Positions 19,100 to 27,928 of a DNA stretch of 32,000 nucleotides are shown here, piece after piece. The stretch's first letter is position 1, and each line of letters opens with the position of its first letter. The translations under genes were made by a program, and so were the position numbers. The DNA lies in the NCBI RefSeq assembly GCF_001457615.1, contig NZ_LN831024.1:3900001-3932000 (forward strand), given 5' to 3'. The stretch is from Pseudomonas aeruginosa (lineage in GTDB: Bacteria > Pseudomonadota > Gammaproteobacteria > Pseudomonadales > Pseudomonadaceae). The notes below the pieces were generated by a model. It was given only the letters and a program-made list of their open reading frames with translations. It ran no database searches and had not been told where the DNA came from.

Positions 19100-19840
19100 T
19101 CAGTCCATGAAGCCTTGCAGCTTCAACTCGATGGAACGCGGGTTCTCGCCCTCGGCGATGGACAGCAGGCCCTCCAGGAGCATCTCGCGGTAGCGCGACT
19201 GGCGCAGCACCAGGGTTTTCAGCTTGTTGCCGATCGGCAGCAGGAGCAGGTTGGCGAAGCCGACGCCATAGATGGTGGCGACGAAGGCCACGGCGATGCC
19301 GCTGCCGAGCTGCGCCGGGTTGGCCAGGTTGCCCATCACATGGATCAGGCCCATTACCGCGCCGATGATGCCGATGGTCGGCGCATAGCCGCCCATGCTC
19401 TCGAACACCTTGGCGGCCTGCAAGTCGCGGCTTTCCTGGGTGAACAGGTCGACCTCGAGGATGCTGCGGATGACTTCCGGCTCGGCGCCGTCCACCAGCA
19501 GTTGCAGGCCCTTGCGCGCATAGGGATCGGGCTCCGCGTCGGCGATGCTCTCCAGGCCGAGCAGGCCTTCCTTGCGCGCGGTCATGCTCCAGGAGACGAT
19601 CCGGTCGATTCCCCCGGAAAGATCCTCGCGCGGCGGGAAGAACACCCAGCCGAGCATGCCCAGGCCGCGCTTGAGCACGTTCACCGGGGTCTGCAACAGC
19701 GCCGCGGCCAGGGTGCCGCCGATCACGATCAGCGCCGCCGGACCGTTGAGCAGGGCCCCCGCGTGGCCGCCCTCGAGAAAGTTTCCGCCGACGATGGCGA
19801 CGAACGCCAGGATGATCCCGACCAGGCTGAGCACATCCAT
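19100..19840 (-). CDS. motC: flagellar motor stator protein MotC (MotA-like)
   Basis: 246 aa; MDVLSLVGIILAFVAIVGGNFLEGGH; GYAPTIGIIGAVMGLIHVM. Confidence 0.95.
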   Translation of the reverse strand: MDVLSLVGIILAFVAIVGGNFLEGGHAGALLNGPAALIVIGGTLAAALLQTPVNVLKRGLGMLGWVFFPPREDLSGGIDRIVSWSMTARKEGLLGLESIADAEPDPYARKGLQLLVDGAEPEVIRSILEVDLFTQESRDLQAAKVFESMGGYAPTIGIIGAVMGLIHVMGNLANPAQLGSGIAVAFVATIYGVGFANLLLLPIGNKLKTLVLRQSRYREMLLEGLLSIAEGENPRSIELKLQGFMD

Positions 19841-19928
19841 CAGCGCGTCCCCTCGGCTCGGCGAAGGCGCGCGCAGCTCGTCACGTGGGTGGCCATCGAA
19901 GGCAGTCTCCTCATTCCTGCACGCACGC

Positions 19929-21035
19929 TTACTGGCACGCCTCGACCAGGTGCCGGCCGATGTCGTCGAGCCCGTACACCGCGTCCGCCAGGTTGGCCTT
20001 GACCACGGCCATCGGCATCCCGTAGATCACGCAACTGGCCTCGTCCTGCGCCCACACCTGGCTGCCGCCCTGCTTGAGCAGGCGCGCACCCTCGCGTCCG
20101 TCGGCGCCCATGCCGGTGAGGACCACCGCCAGGACCTTGTCGTTGTATGCCTTGGCCGCCGAGCCGAAGGTCACGTCGACGCAGGGCTTGTAGTTCAGGC
20201 GTTCGTCGCCGGGGAGGATGCGCACTGTGCCGCGGCCGTCGACCATCATCTGCTTGCCGCCCGGCGCCAGCAGCGCCAGGCCGGGACGCAGGATGTCGCC
20301 GTCCTCTGCTTCCTTGACGCTGATCCGGCACAGCTTGTCGAGGCGCTCGGCGAAAGCCTTGGTGAAGGCCGCCGGCATGTGCTGGATCAGCACCAGCGGC
20401 GCCGGGAAGTTGGCCGGCAACTGGGTCAGCACCCGCTGCAAGGCAACCGGACCACCGGTGGAGGTACCGATCGCGACCAGCCGGTAGGCCTTGCGCTTCG
20501 GCGCCGCCGAGGTCGACGCCGGGGCCGGCGACGCGCCGGCACTGGCACGCGCGCTCGCGCCGAGGCTGGAGGACGACGCCGGCGCATGGCTGGACGAGGT
20601 GGCCGAAGGCAGCGGCGGCAGGCTGATCGAGCGACGATTGCTACGGGCGATGGTCAGGACCTTCTCGCAAAGCAACTGGCGGACCTTGTCCGGGTTGCGC
20701 GAGATGTCCTCGAAATTCTTCGGCAGGTAATCGACCGCTCCAGCGTCCAGTGCATCCAGGGTCACCCGCGCGCCCTCGTGGGTCAGCGAGGAGAACATCA
20801 GGACCGGGGTCGGGCAACGCTGCATGATATTGCGTACCGCGGTGATGCCGTCCATCAGCGGCATCTCGTAATCCATGGTGATCACATCGGGTCTCAGGGC
20901 CAGCGCCTGCTCGATGGCCTCGCGGCCATTGGTGGCGGTGCCGACCACCTGGATCTGTCCATCGGCGGAGAGAATCTCCGAGACACGGCGGCGGAAGAAC
21001 CCCGAATCGTCCACCACCAGGACTTTGACTGCCAT
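19929..21035 (-). CDS. cheB: chemotaxis-specific protein-glutamate methylesterase/deamidase CheB
   Basis: 368 aa; receiver [19 protein letters not shown] and methylesterase [33 protein letters not shown]. Confidence 0.97.
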   Translation of the reverse strand: MAVKVLVVDDSGFFRRRVSEILSADGQIQVVGTATNGREAIEQALALRPDVITMDYEMPLMDGITAVRNIMQRCPTPVLMFSSLTHEGARVTLDALDAGAVDYLPKNFEDISRNPDKVRQLLCEKVLTIARSNRRSISLPPLPSATSSSHAPASSSSLGASARASAGASPAPASTSAAPKRKAYRLVAIGTSTGGPVALQRVLTQLPANFPAPLVLIQHMPAAFTKAFAERLDKLCRISVKEAEDGDILRPGLALLAPGGKQMMVDGRGTVRILPGDERLNYKPCVDVTFGSAAKAYNDKVLAVVLTGMGADGREGARLLKQGGSQVWAQDEASCVIYGMPMAVVKANLADAVYGLDDIGRHLVEACQ

Positions 21036-21088
21036 AGCTACTCCTCAGAGGGCGACGCTCCTGCGCCGCCGGAAACCCATACGCGGCG

Positions 21089-23350
21089 TCAGATGCGCCG
21101 TGCGTAACGCTTGAGCATGCTCGGCACATCGAGGATCAGGGCGATGCGCCCGTCCCCGGTGATGGTGGCGCCCGCCATGCCGGGGGTGCCCTGCAACATC
21201 TTGCCGAGTGGCTTGATCACCACTTCTTCTTGTCCCACCAACTGGTCGACGACGAAACCGATGCGCTGGGTGCCGACCGACAGGATCACCACGTGTCCCT
21301 CACCCTGCTCTTCGTGGGCCGCACTCGGCACCAGCCAGCGCTTGAGATAGAACAGCGGCAAGGCCTTGTCGCGGACGATCACCACTTCCTGGCCATCCAC
21401 GACATTGGTGCGCGACAGGTCAAGATGGAAGATTTCGTTGACGTTGACCAGCGGGAAGGCGAACGCCTGGCTGCCCAGCATCACCATAAGGGTAGGCATG
21501 ATCGCCAAAGTCAGCGGCACCTTGATGACGATCTTCGAGCCGGACCCCTTCTGCGAAAACACGTTGACCGTGCCGTTGAGCTGGGAAATCTTGGTCTTCA
21601 CCACGTCCATGCCGACACCGCGGCCGGACACGTCGGAAATCTCGGTCTTGGTCGAGAAACCCGGGGCGAAAATCAGGTTGTAGCACTCCAGGTCGGTCAG
21701 GCGGTCCGCCGCATCGCGCTCCAGCAGGCCCTTCTCCACCGCCTTGTTGCGCAGCACCTCGGCGTCCATGCCCTTGCCGTCGTCGGTGATCATCAGGAGG
21801 ATGTGGTCACCCTCCTGCTCCGCTGACAGCACCACCTGGCCGACCCGCGGCTTGCCGGCGGCCTCGCGCTCCTCCGGACTCTCGATGCCGTGGTCGACGG
21901 CGTTGCGCACCAGGTGCACCAGCGGATCGGCGAGGGCCTCGACCAGGTTCTTGTCGAGGTCGGTCTCTTCGCCCACCAGCTCCAGGTTGATCTCTTTCTT
22001 CATGTTCCGCGCCAGGTCGCGAACCAGGCGCGGGAAGCGGCCGAAGACCTTCTTGATCGGCTGCATGCGGGTCTTCATCACCGACATCTGCAGGTCGCCG
22101 GTGACCACGTCGAGGTTGGCCACGGCCTTGGCCATGGCCTCGTCGCCACTGTTCAGGCCCAGGCGCACCAGGCGGTTACGCACCAGCACCAGCTCGCCGA
22201 CCATGTTCATGATCTCGTCGAGACGCGCCGTATCCACCCGCACGGTGGTCTCCGCCTCGCTTGCCGCGGGCCTGTCGGGCGCCGCCGGACGCGCGGCGGC
22301 GGCCTTGGCCGGAGCGACCGGTTTCGCCGCGGGACTCTTCGCCGCGATGTTCTTGGCTACCGCCGCGGCGGCCGCCACGGCCTCGGAGGCGCCGTTGAAC
22401 TTGCCCTTGCCGTGCAGTTCGTCGAGCAGCGACTCGAACTCGTCGTCGCTGATCTCATCGCCGCCCGCGGCGGCCGGCGCCTTGCCCTGCTCCGCCGGCG
22501 CAGCCGCTGGAGCCGCGGCAGCCGGTGCGGCGGGTGTGCCGGCGGCTTCCGGGACATCGCCGAACTTGCCCTTGCCGTGCAGTTCGTCGAGCAGCGCCTC
22601 GAACTCGTCGTCGCTGATATCGTCACCAGCGGCAGCCGCGGCCGGCTCGACCGCCTCGGCGGGGACTTGCGCAGGCTCGGCCGAGACCGCCGGCGGGACG
22701 AACTTGCCCTTGCCGTGCAACTGGTCGAGCAACGCCTCGAACTCGGCGTCGCTGATCTCGTCGCCAGCGGGAGCCGCGGGCGCTTCTGCAACGGCGGAGG
22801 CCGGCGCTTCGTCGCCCTGCAGAGCATCCAGCAACTGCTCGAACTCGTCGTCGGTGATATCGCTGGAGGCACTCTGCGCGGGCGCTTCCGGCGGCGCCGC
22901 AGGCTCGGCTGGCGGAACGGCCGCCGGCGGCGCTTGCACAGGTTCCGCGGGCTCGGCGCCCTCGGGCTCGGCCAGGCGGGCAAGGGCCGCCAGCAGCTCG
23001 GGCGTCGCCGAGGTCGGTTCGGACTGCTCGCGCACCTGGTCGAACATCGCGTTGACCGTATCCAGCGCCTGCAGCACCACATCCATCAGTTCGGAGCTGA
23101 CGCGCCGCTCGCCCTTGCGCAGGATATCGAAGACGTTTTCCGCAATGTGGCAGCATTCCACCAGCGCGTTCAGCTGGAGGAAGCCGGCACCGCCCTTGAC
23201 CGTATGGAACCCACGGAAAATGGCATTGAGCAGGTCCATATCGTCCGGCCGGCTCTCCAGCTCGACCAGTTGCTCGGACAATTGCTCGAGAATCTCGCCG
23301 GCCTCAACCAGGAAGTCCTGGAGGATTTCTTCATCGGCGTCGAAGCTCAT
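21089..23350 (-). CDS. cheA: chemotaxis histidine kinase CheA
   Basis: 753 aa; HPt FRGFHTVKGGAGFL, dimerisation TTVRVDTARLDEIMNMVGELVLVRNRL, HATPase HLVRNAVDHGIE, CheW-like C-terminus; repeat-rich Ala/Pro linker. Confidence 0.97.
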   Translation of the reverse strand: MSFDADEEILQDFLVEAGEILEQLSEQLVELESRPDDMDLLNAIFRGFHTVKGGAGFLQLNALVECCHIAENVFDILRKGERRVSSELMDVVLQALDTVNAMFDQVREQSEPTSATPELLAALARLAEPEGAEPAEPVQAPPAAVPPAEPAAPPEAPAQSASSDITDDEFEQLLDALQGDEAPASAVAEAPAAPAGDEISDAEFEALLDQLHGKGKFVPPAVSAEPAQVPAEAVEPAAAAAGDDISDDEFEALLDELHGKGKFGDVPEAAGTPAAPAAAAPAAAPAEQGKAPAAAGGDEISDDEFESLLDELHGKGKFNGASEAVAAAAAVAKNIAAKSPAAKPVAPAKAAAARPAAPDRPAASEAETTVRVDTARLDEIMNMVGELVLVRNRLVRLGLNSGDEAMAKAVANLDVVTGDLQMSVMKTRMQPIKKVFGRFPRLVRDLARNMKKEINLELVGEETDLDKNLVEALADPLVHLVRNAVDHGIESPEEREAAGKPRVGQVVLSAEQEGDHILLMITDDGKGMDAEVLRNKAVEKGLLERDAADRLTDLECYNLIFAPGFSTKTEISDVSGRGVGMDVVKTKISQLNGTVNVFSQKGSGSKIVIKVPLTLAIMPTLMVMLGSQAFAFPLVNVNEIFHLDLSRTNVVDGQEVVIVRDKALPLFYLKRWLVPSAAHEEQGEGHVVILSVGTQRIGFVVDQLVGQEEVVIKPLGKMLQGTPGMAGATITGDGRIALILDVPSMLKRYARRI
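22397..22861 (-). repeat. four in-frame copies of an ISDDEFEALLDELHGKGKF-type motif in the CheA linker
   Basis: Copies at 22397-22459, 22562-22624, 22700-22762 and about 22811-22861. The first two copies are 60/63 identical at DNA level. Confidence 0.95.
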
Positions 23351-23550
23351 TCGGCTGCTCCCAGAGACGTGTTACTCGAAAGGATCGGCAGGACCGCTGT
23401 CCTGCCGGAAATACCGGCCCGGCTTTCCGGACCGACTTCAGCCCGCCCGCCGGGATCACCGGCATGACGAAGGCTGTGCCAGCAGCCCGCGGATGCCAGC
23501 GTTCAATGCTTACTTAACGGCAGCGATGCCGCAGTCTTGAGCCGGGCGGG

Positions 23551-24339
23551 TCAGAAACCCAGGCTGGACAGCAGATCGTCCACGTCATCCTGCCCGGACA
23601 CCACATCCTCTCGTTTTTCCGCGGCGACCTGCGGCCCCTCGCCCTTGGCCGAACGCTCCAGCGCGGCCTGGTGGCGCATGCTCACGTGGTCGTGCTCGAT
23701 CCCGGCGTAACGGTCCACCTGGCCGGCCATCCAGACCAGCTTCACGAGGTTGCTCTCGACCTCGGTGACCAGCTTGGTGACACGCTTGATCACCTGGCCG
23801 GTCAGGTCCTGGTAATCCTGCGCCAGCAGGATGTCATTGAGCTGCGAGGACAACTGGCCGGCGTTCTCGCCGCTGCGCACGAGGAACTGTTCGATGCGCT
23901 TGGCCAGCTCGCGGAAGCCGTCAGCGTCGATTTCCCGGCGCATGAAGCGTTGCCACTCCTGGTGCAGCTCCCGCGAATCGTCGCCCAACTGGTTGACCAG
24001 CGGGGCGCTCTGCTCCACCAGGTCCATGGTCCGGTTGGCGGCCTTCTCGGTCATTTCCACTACGTAGGAAAGACGATCGGTGGCATCGGCGATCTGCGAC
24101 ATTTCCTGCGCGTGGGGGGAATGCGGGTCGATCTGGAAATCGACGATGGCGTTGTGCAGTTCGCGGGTCAGCTTGCCCACTTCCTGGTAGAGGCCACGGT
24201 CCCTGGCCTGGCTGAGCTCCTGGATCAATTGCACCGCCTGCTGGAAGTGCCCCCGTTCGAGACAGTCCACCAGTTCGCGCGCATGTTTTTTCAGGGTCGA
24301 TTCGAATTCGTCGCCCGTGGAATCGTTACCAAGCACCAT
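23551..24339 (-). CDS. cheZ: chemotaxis phosphatase CheZ
   Basis: 262 aa; LAQDYQDLTGQVIKRV active-site region, C-terminal CheY-binding tail DDVDDLLSSLGF. Confidence 0.96.
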   Translation of the reverse strand: MVLGNDSTGDEFESTLKKHARELVDCLERGHFQQAVQLIQELSQARDRGLYQEVGKLTRELHNAIVDFQIDPHSPHAQEMSQIADATDRLSYVVEMTEKAANRTMDLVEQSAPLVNQLGDDSRELHQEWQRFMRREIDADGFRELAKRIEQFLVRSGENAGQLSSQLNDILLAQDYQDLTGQVIKRVTKLVTEVESNLVKLVWMAGQVDRYAGIEHDHVSMRHQAALERSAKGEGPQVAAEKREDVVSGQDDVDDLLSSLGF

Positions 24340-24358
24340 GACACCCTCTTGGCCGGCT

Positions 24359-24733
24359 TCAGCCGTTGACCCGCTCGAAAATCTTCTCGATCTTTTCCTT
24401 CAGGACCTGAGCGGTGAAGGGTTTGACCACATAGCCGTTGACCCCGGCCTGGGCCGCTTCGATGATCTGGTCGCGCTTGGCCTCGGCGGTGACCATCAGC
24501 ACCGGCAGGTGCTTGAGGCGCTCGTCGGCGCGAACCGCGCGCAGCAGATCGATGCCGGTCATGCCCGGCATGTTCCAGTCGGTGACGAGAAAGTCGAAAT
24601 TGCCGCTGTGCAGCATCGGCAGCGCCGTGGTGCCGTCGTCGGCCTCGGCGGTATTGGTGAAGCCCAAGTCCCGCAAGAGGTTCTTGATGATGCGTCTCAT
24701 CGTGGAAAAGTCGTCCACGATGAGAATTTTCAT
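24359..24733 (-). CDS. cheY: chemotaxis response regulator CheY
   Basis: 124 aa from [25 protein letters not shown]; the track ORF is extended upstream. [23 protein letters not shown]. Confidence 0.97.
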   Translation of the reverse strand: MKILIVDDFSTMRRIIKNLLRDLGFTNTAEADDGTTALPMLHSGNFDFLVTDWNMPGMTGIDLLRAVRADERLKHLPVLMVTAEAKRDQIIEAAQAGVNGYVVKPFTAQVLKEKIEKIFERVNG

Positions 24734-24834
24734 GTTCTTGTCCAAGTAAACCTCCGTACAGACCAGAGCGCGCCCCAGGGGACGCGCCACACATTCTTTT
24801 GCGTTAACGGTTACAAGCTGCGGTCGAGGCCGGT

Positions 24835-25578
24835 TCAGGCCGACCGCCAATCGGCCAGGCGCGCGCGCAAACGCGCGGCGCACTGGCTGTGCAACTGGCT
24901 GACCCGCGATTCGCTGACGCCCAGTACCTCGCCGATCTCCTTGAGGTTGAGTTCCTCGTCGTAATACAACGCCAGCACCAGGCGCTCGCGCTCCGGCAAC
25001 TTGGCGATGGCATCCGCCAGGGCCGCCTGGAAACGTTCGTCGAGCAGGCCGTGGATCGGTTCGTTGTGACTGAGGCTGGTGTCTTCCGGCAATCCATGTT
25101 CGCCGTCCTGCAACAGGTCGTCGAAGCTGTACAGGCGGCTGCCCTGCGTGTCGCTGAGGATGCCGTAGTAATCTTCGAGGCTCAATTGGAGTTCGGCAGC
25201 AACTTCGTGATCTTTAGCGTCGCGTCCGGTTCTCGCCTCGATCGCGCGGATCGCGTCGGTCACCATGCGCGTGTTGCGGTGCACCGAACGCGGCGCCCAG
25301 TCGCCCTTGCGGACCTCGTCGAGCATGGCCCCGCGGATGCGGATGCCGGCATAGGTCTCGAAGCTGGCGCCCTTGCCGGCGTCGTATTTCTTCGCGGCCT
25401 CGAGCAGGCCGATCATGCCGGCCTGCATCAGGTCCTCCACCTGCACGCTGGCCGGCAGGCGGCCGAGCAGGTGATAGGCGATGCGCTTGACCAGTGGTGC
25501 GTAACGCTGGATCAGTTGCTCCTGGGAGTTCTGCGCTTGCGCCTTGCTATACATACGCACTCCAGAGGCCGCTGTCAT
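24835..25578 (-). CDS. fliA: RNA polymerase sigma factor FliA (sigma28)
   Basis: 247 aa; [40 protein letters not shown]; region 4 [39 protein letters not shown]. Confidence 0.97.
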   Translation of the reverse strand: MTAASGVRMYSKAQAQNSQEQLIQRYAPLVKRIAYHLLGRLPASVQVEDLMQAGMIGLLEAAKKYDAGKGASFETYAGIRIRGAMLDEVRKGDWAPRSVHRNTRMVTDAIRAIEARTGRDAKDHEVAAELQLSLEDYYGILSDTQGSRLYSFDDLLQDGEHGLPEDTSLSHNEPIHGLLDERFQAALADAIAKLPERERLVLALYYDEELNLKEIGEVLGVSESRVSQLHSQCAARLRARLADWRSA

Positions 25579-26417
25579 ACGGCCGAACCTGTCGCGGGGT
25601 GTTGGACCAGTCGTTCGACGAAGAACTCCAGGTGCCCGCGCGGGTTGGCCGGCAGCGGCCAGCTGTCGACCTTCTGCGCGACCGCCTTGAAGGCCAGGGA
25701 CGCCTTCGAGCGGGGGAATGCCTCGTATACGGCTCGCTGTTTCTGCACGGCCTTGCGTACCGACTCGTCGTAAGGGATGACACCTACATACTGTAGTGCG
25801 ACGTCGAGGAAACGGTCAGTGACCTTGGTCAGTTTGGCGAACAGGTTGCGTCCTTCCTGCGGGCTGTGGGCCATGTTGGCCAGGACCCGGAAGCGGGTCA
25901 TGCCGTGGTCGCGGTTGAGCAGTTTGATCAGGGCGTAGGCATCGGTGATCGAGGTCGGCTCGTCGCAGACGACCAGCAGCACCTCCTGCGCGGCGCGGAC
26001 GAAACTGACCACCGAATCGCCGATCCCAGCGGCAGTGTCGACGACCAGGACATCGAGGTTGTCGCTGATATCGCTGAACGCCTGGATCAGCCCCGCATGC
26101 TGCATCGGCGAGAGGTGCACCATGCTCTGCGTGCCGGAGGCCGCGGGAACGATGCGCACGCCACCGGGACCGAGGAGGAGGACATCGCGCAGTTCGCAGC
26201 GTCCCTCGATCACGTCGGCCAGGGTGCGCTTGGGCGTGAGTCCCAGCAGGACGTCGACGTTGGCCAGGCCGAGGTCGGCATCCAGCAGCATGACGCGACG
26301 GCCGAGATCGGCCAGAGCCAGTGCCAGGTTCACCGACACATTGGTCTTGCCGACGCCGCCCTTGCCGCCAGTTACTGCGATCACCTGTACGGGATGCATG
26401 CTACCCATCTGCTTCAT
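25575..26417 (-). CDS. fleN: flagellar number regulator FleN/FlhG (MinD-like ATPase)
   Basis: 280 aa; VIAVTGGKGGVGKTNVSVNLALALADLGRRVMLLDADLGLANVDVLLGL; downstream of flhF. Confidence 0.97.
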   Translation of the reverse strand: MKQMGSMHPVQVIAVTGGKGGVGKTNVSVNLALALADLGRRVMLLDADLGLANVDVLLGLTPKRTLADVIEGRCELRDVLLLGPGGVRIVPAASGTQSMVHLSPMQHAGLIQAFSDISDNLDVLVVDTAAGIGDSVVSFVRAAQEVLLVVCDEPTSITDAYALIKLLNRDHGMTRFRVLANMAHSPQEGRNLFAKLTKVTDRFLDVALQYVGVIPYDESVRKAVQKQRAVYEAFPRSKASLAFKAVAQKVDSWPLPANPRGHLEFFVERLVQHPATGSAV

Positions 26418-26555
26418 ACCTTGTGTTGTCGTCTTCCCGGAACGCCCCTTCCAGCGCTCTCCGGTATTGGCGGGAACGATGCGCCATCGCTCCCGGCCCG
26501 GCGGAAGCCACCTTCGCTTCCGTCACCCGCGCCACGCGCGGTTCTTCCCACATCC

Positions 26556-27845
26556 TCAGCCGGCACGCCGCGCCGGTTGCTGGTAGAGCCCGGCGAACAG
26601 CTCGGCCATGGCGTCCTCGCTGGGCTCTTCCGGTGCCTGCAGGCTCACCGCCCGGCTGACCAGTTGGTGACTGCGCGCCACCTGCAGGTCGTCCGGAATC
26701 CGCGGCCCATCCGCCAGATAGGCTACCGGGAGACGCTGGGCGATAGCCAGCGCCATCGATTCACCGAGGCTGCCCGCCTCGTCCAGCTTAGTCAGGATGC
26801 AACCCGCCAGCCCGCAGTGCCGATAGGTCTGGTAGGCCGACTTGAGCACCTGGCTCTGGCTGGTGGTGGCCATCACCAGGTAATTCTTCACGTTCAGGCT
26901 CGGCGACGCCAGTGCCTCGAGCTGCATGCGCAATGCCGGGTCGCTGGCCGGCAGGCCGGCGGTATCGATCAGCACCATGCGCTTGCGCGCCAGCGGCGCC
27001 AGGGCCTGGATCAGCGACTGGCCGGGATCGACCAGGGTCACCGGTACGTTGAGGATCCGACCGAGGGTCTTGATCTGCTCCTGGGCGCCGATCCGGTAGC
27101 TGTCCATGCTCACCAGCGCCAGGCTCTGGGCGCCGTACTTGAGGACGTAGCGCGCGGCCATCTTCGCCAGGGTGGTGGTCTTGCCGGCACCTGCCGGGCC
27201 GACCAGGGCCAGTACGCCGCCCGCGTCGAGCGGGTCCTGCTCGGGGGTCTGCACGGCACGCGACAGGTGCGCCAACAGCATGCGCCAGGCCTGGCGCGTA
27301 TCGCCCACCGCGGCGACCCGCTCCAGCAACGGCTTGCTCAGCTCCGCCGGCAAGCCCATGCGCTGCAGGCGCCGCCAGAGATTGGCCTGCTGCGGACGCT
27401 GGTGCTGCAACTGGCCCCAGGCGATGGAACCCAGTTGTACCTCGATCAGCTCGCGCAGGCCGTTCAGTTCGAAACGCATTGCCTCGAGGGTCTGGCCGCC
27501 CGCCTGGGGCTTGGCCTGCGCCGCCGTCATGGACTCGGCCAGGGACGGACGCGCCGGCTTCTCCTCGGCGAACAATTGACGGTCCTTGCGCTGGGTTTCC
27601 GCCGGACGCGCCGTCAACTCGGCGCGCGCCTCTGCGATCCGCGCCTGGGTCTTGCGCAGCTCCACTTCCAGCGCCGGGTTGGGCTTGCTCGGCGCCGGCG
27701 GGGCCTGGTAATCCAGCGCCGCGGTCAGCTCGATGCCGCCGGCGACCCGGCGGTTGCCGAGAATCGCGGCGTCCGGACCCAGTTCGTCGCGGACCAGTTT
27801 CATGGCCTGGCGCATATCGGCGGCGAAGAAGCGTTTGACTTGCAT
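26556..27845 (-). CDS. flhF: polar flagellar GTPase FlhF (SRP-type)
   Basis: 429 aa; MQVKRFFAADMRQAMKLVRDELGPDAAIL; G1 VGPAGAGKTTTLAKMAARY. Confidence 0.97.
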   Translation of the reverse strand: MQVKRFFAADMRQAMKLVRDELGPDAAILGNRRVAGGIELTAALDYQAPPAPSKPNPALEVELRKTQARIAEARAELTARPAETQRKDRQLFAEEKPARPSLAESMTAAQAKPQAGGQTLEAMRFELNGLRELIEVQLGSIAWGQLQHQRPQQANLWRRLQRMGLPAELSKPLLERVAAVGDTRQAWRMLLAHLSRAVQTPEQDPLDAGGVLALVGPAGAGKTTTLAKMAARYVLKYGAQSLALVSMDSYRIGAQEQIKTLGRILNVPVTLVDPGQSLIQALAPLARKRMVLIDTAGLPASDPALRMQLEALASPSLNVKNYLVMATTSQSQVLKSAYQTYRHCGLAGCILTKLDEAGSLGESMALAIAQRLPVAYLADGPRIPDDLQVARSHQLVSRAVSLQAPEEPSEDAMAELFAGLYQQPARRAG

Positions 27846-27876
27846 TGCCCGAACCCCTCAGTTCAGTAGTCTTGCC

Positions 27877-27893
27877 GGCAACCTCAGGTTGCC
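27877..27893. other. 17-bp palindrome in flhA-flhF intergenic gap
   Basis: GGCAACCT-C-AGGTTGCC, followed by a GCCGGC...GCCGGC inverted repeat. Confidence 0.5.
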
Positions 27894-27928
27894 CGGTGTG
27901 CCGGCCCTGGAGCCGGCGCAGCCCTCGT

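Noticed and set aside
17204-20002. 932-aa plus-strand ORF
   Set aside because: Antisense to parC/motD/motC; no domain-like sequence, GC-frame artefact.
21744-23540. 598-aa plus-strand ORF, plus 21890..23467
   Set aside because: Antisense to cheA; the apparent internal repeats only mirror the real CheA linker repeats.
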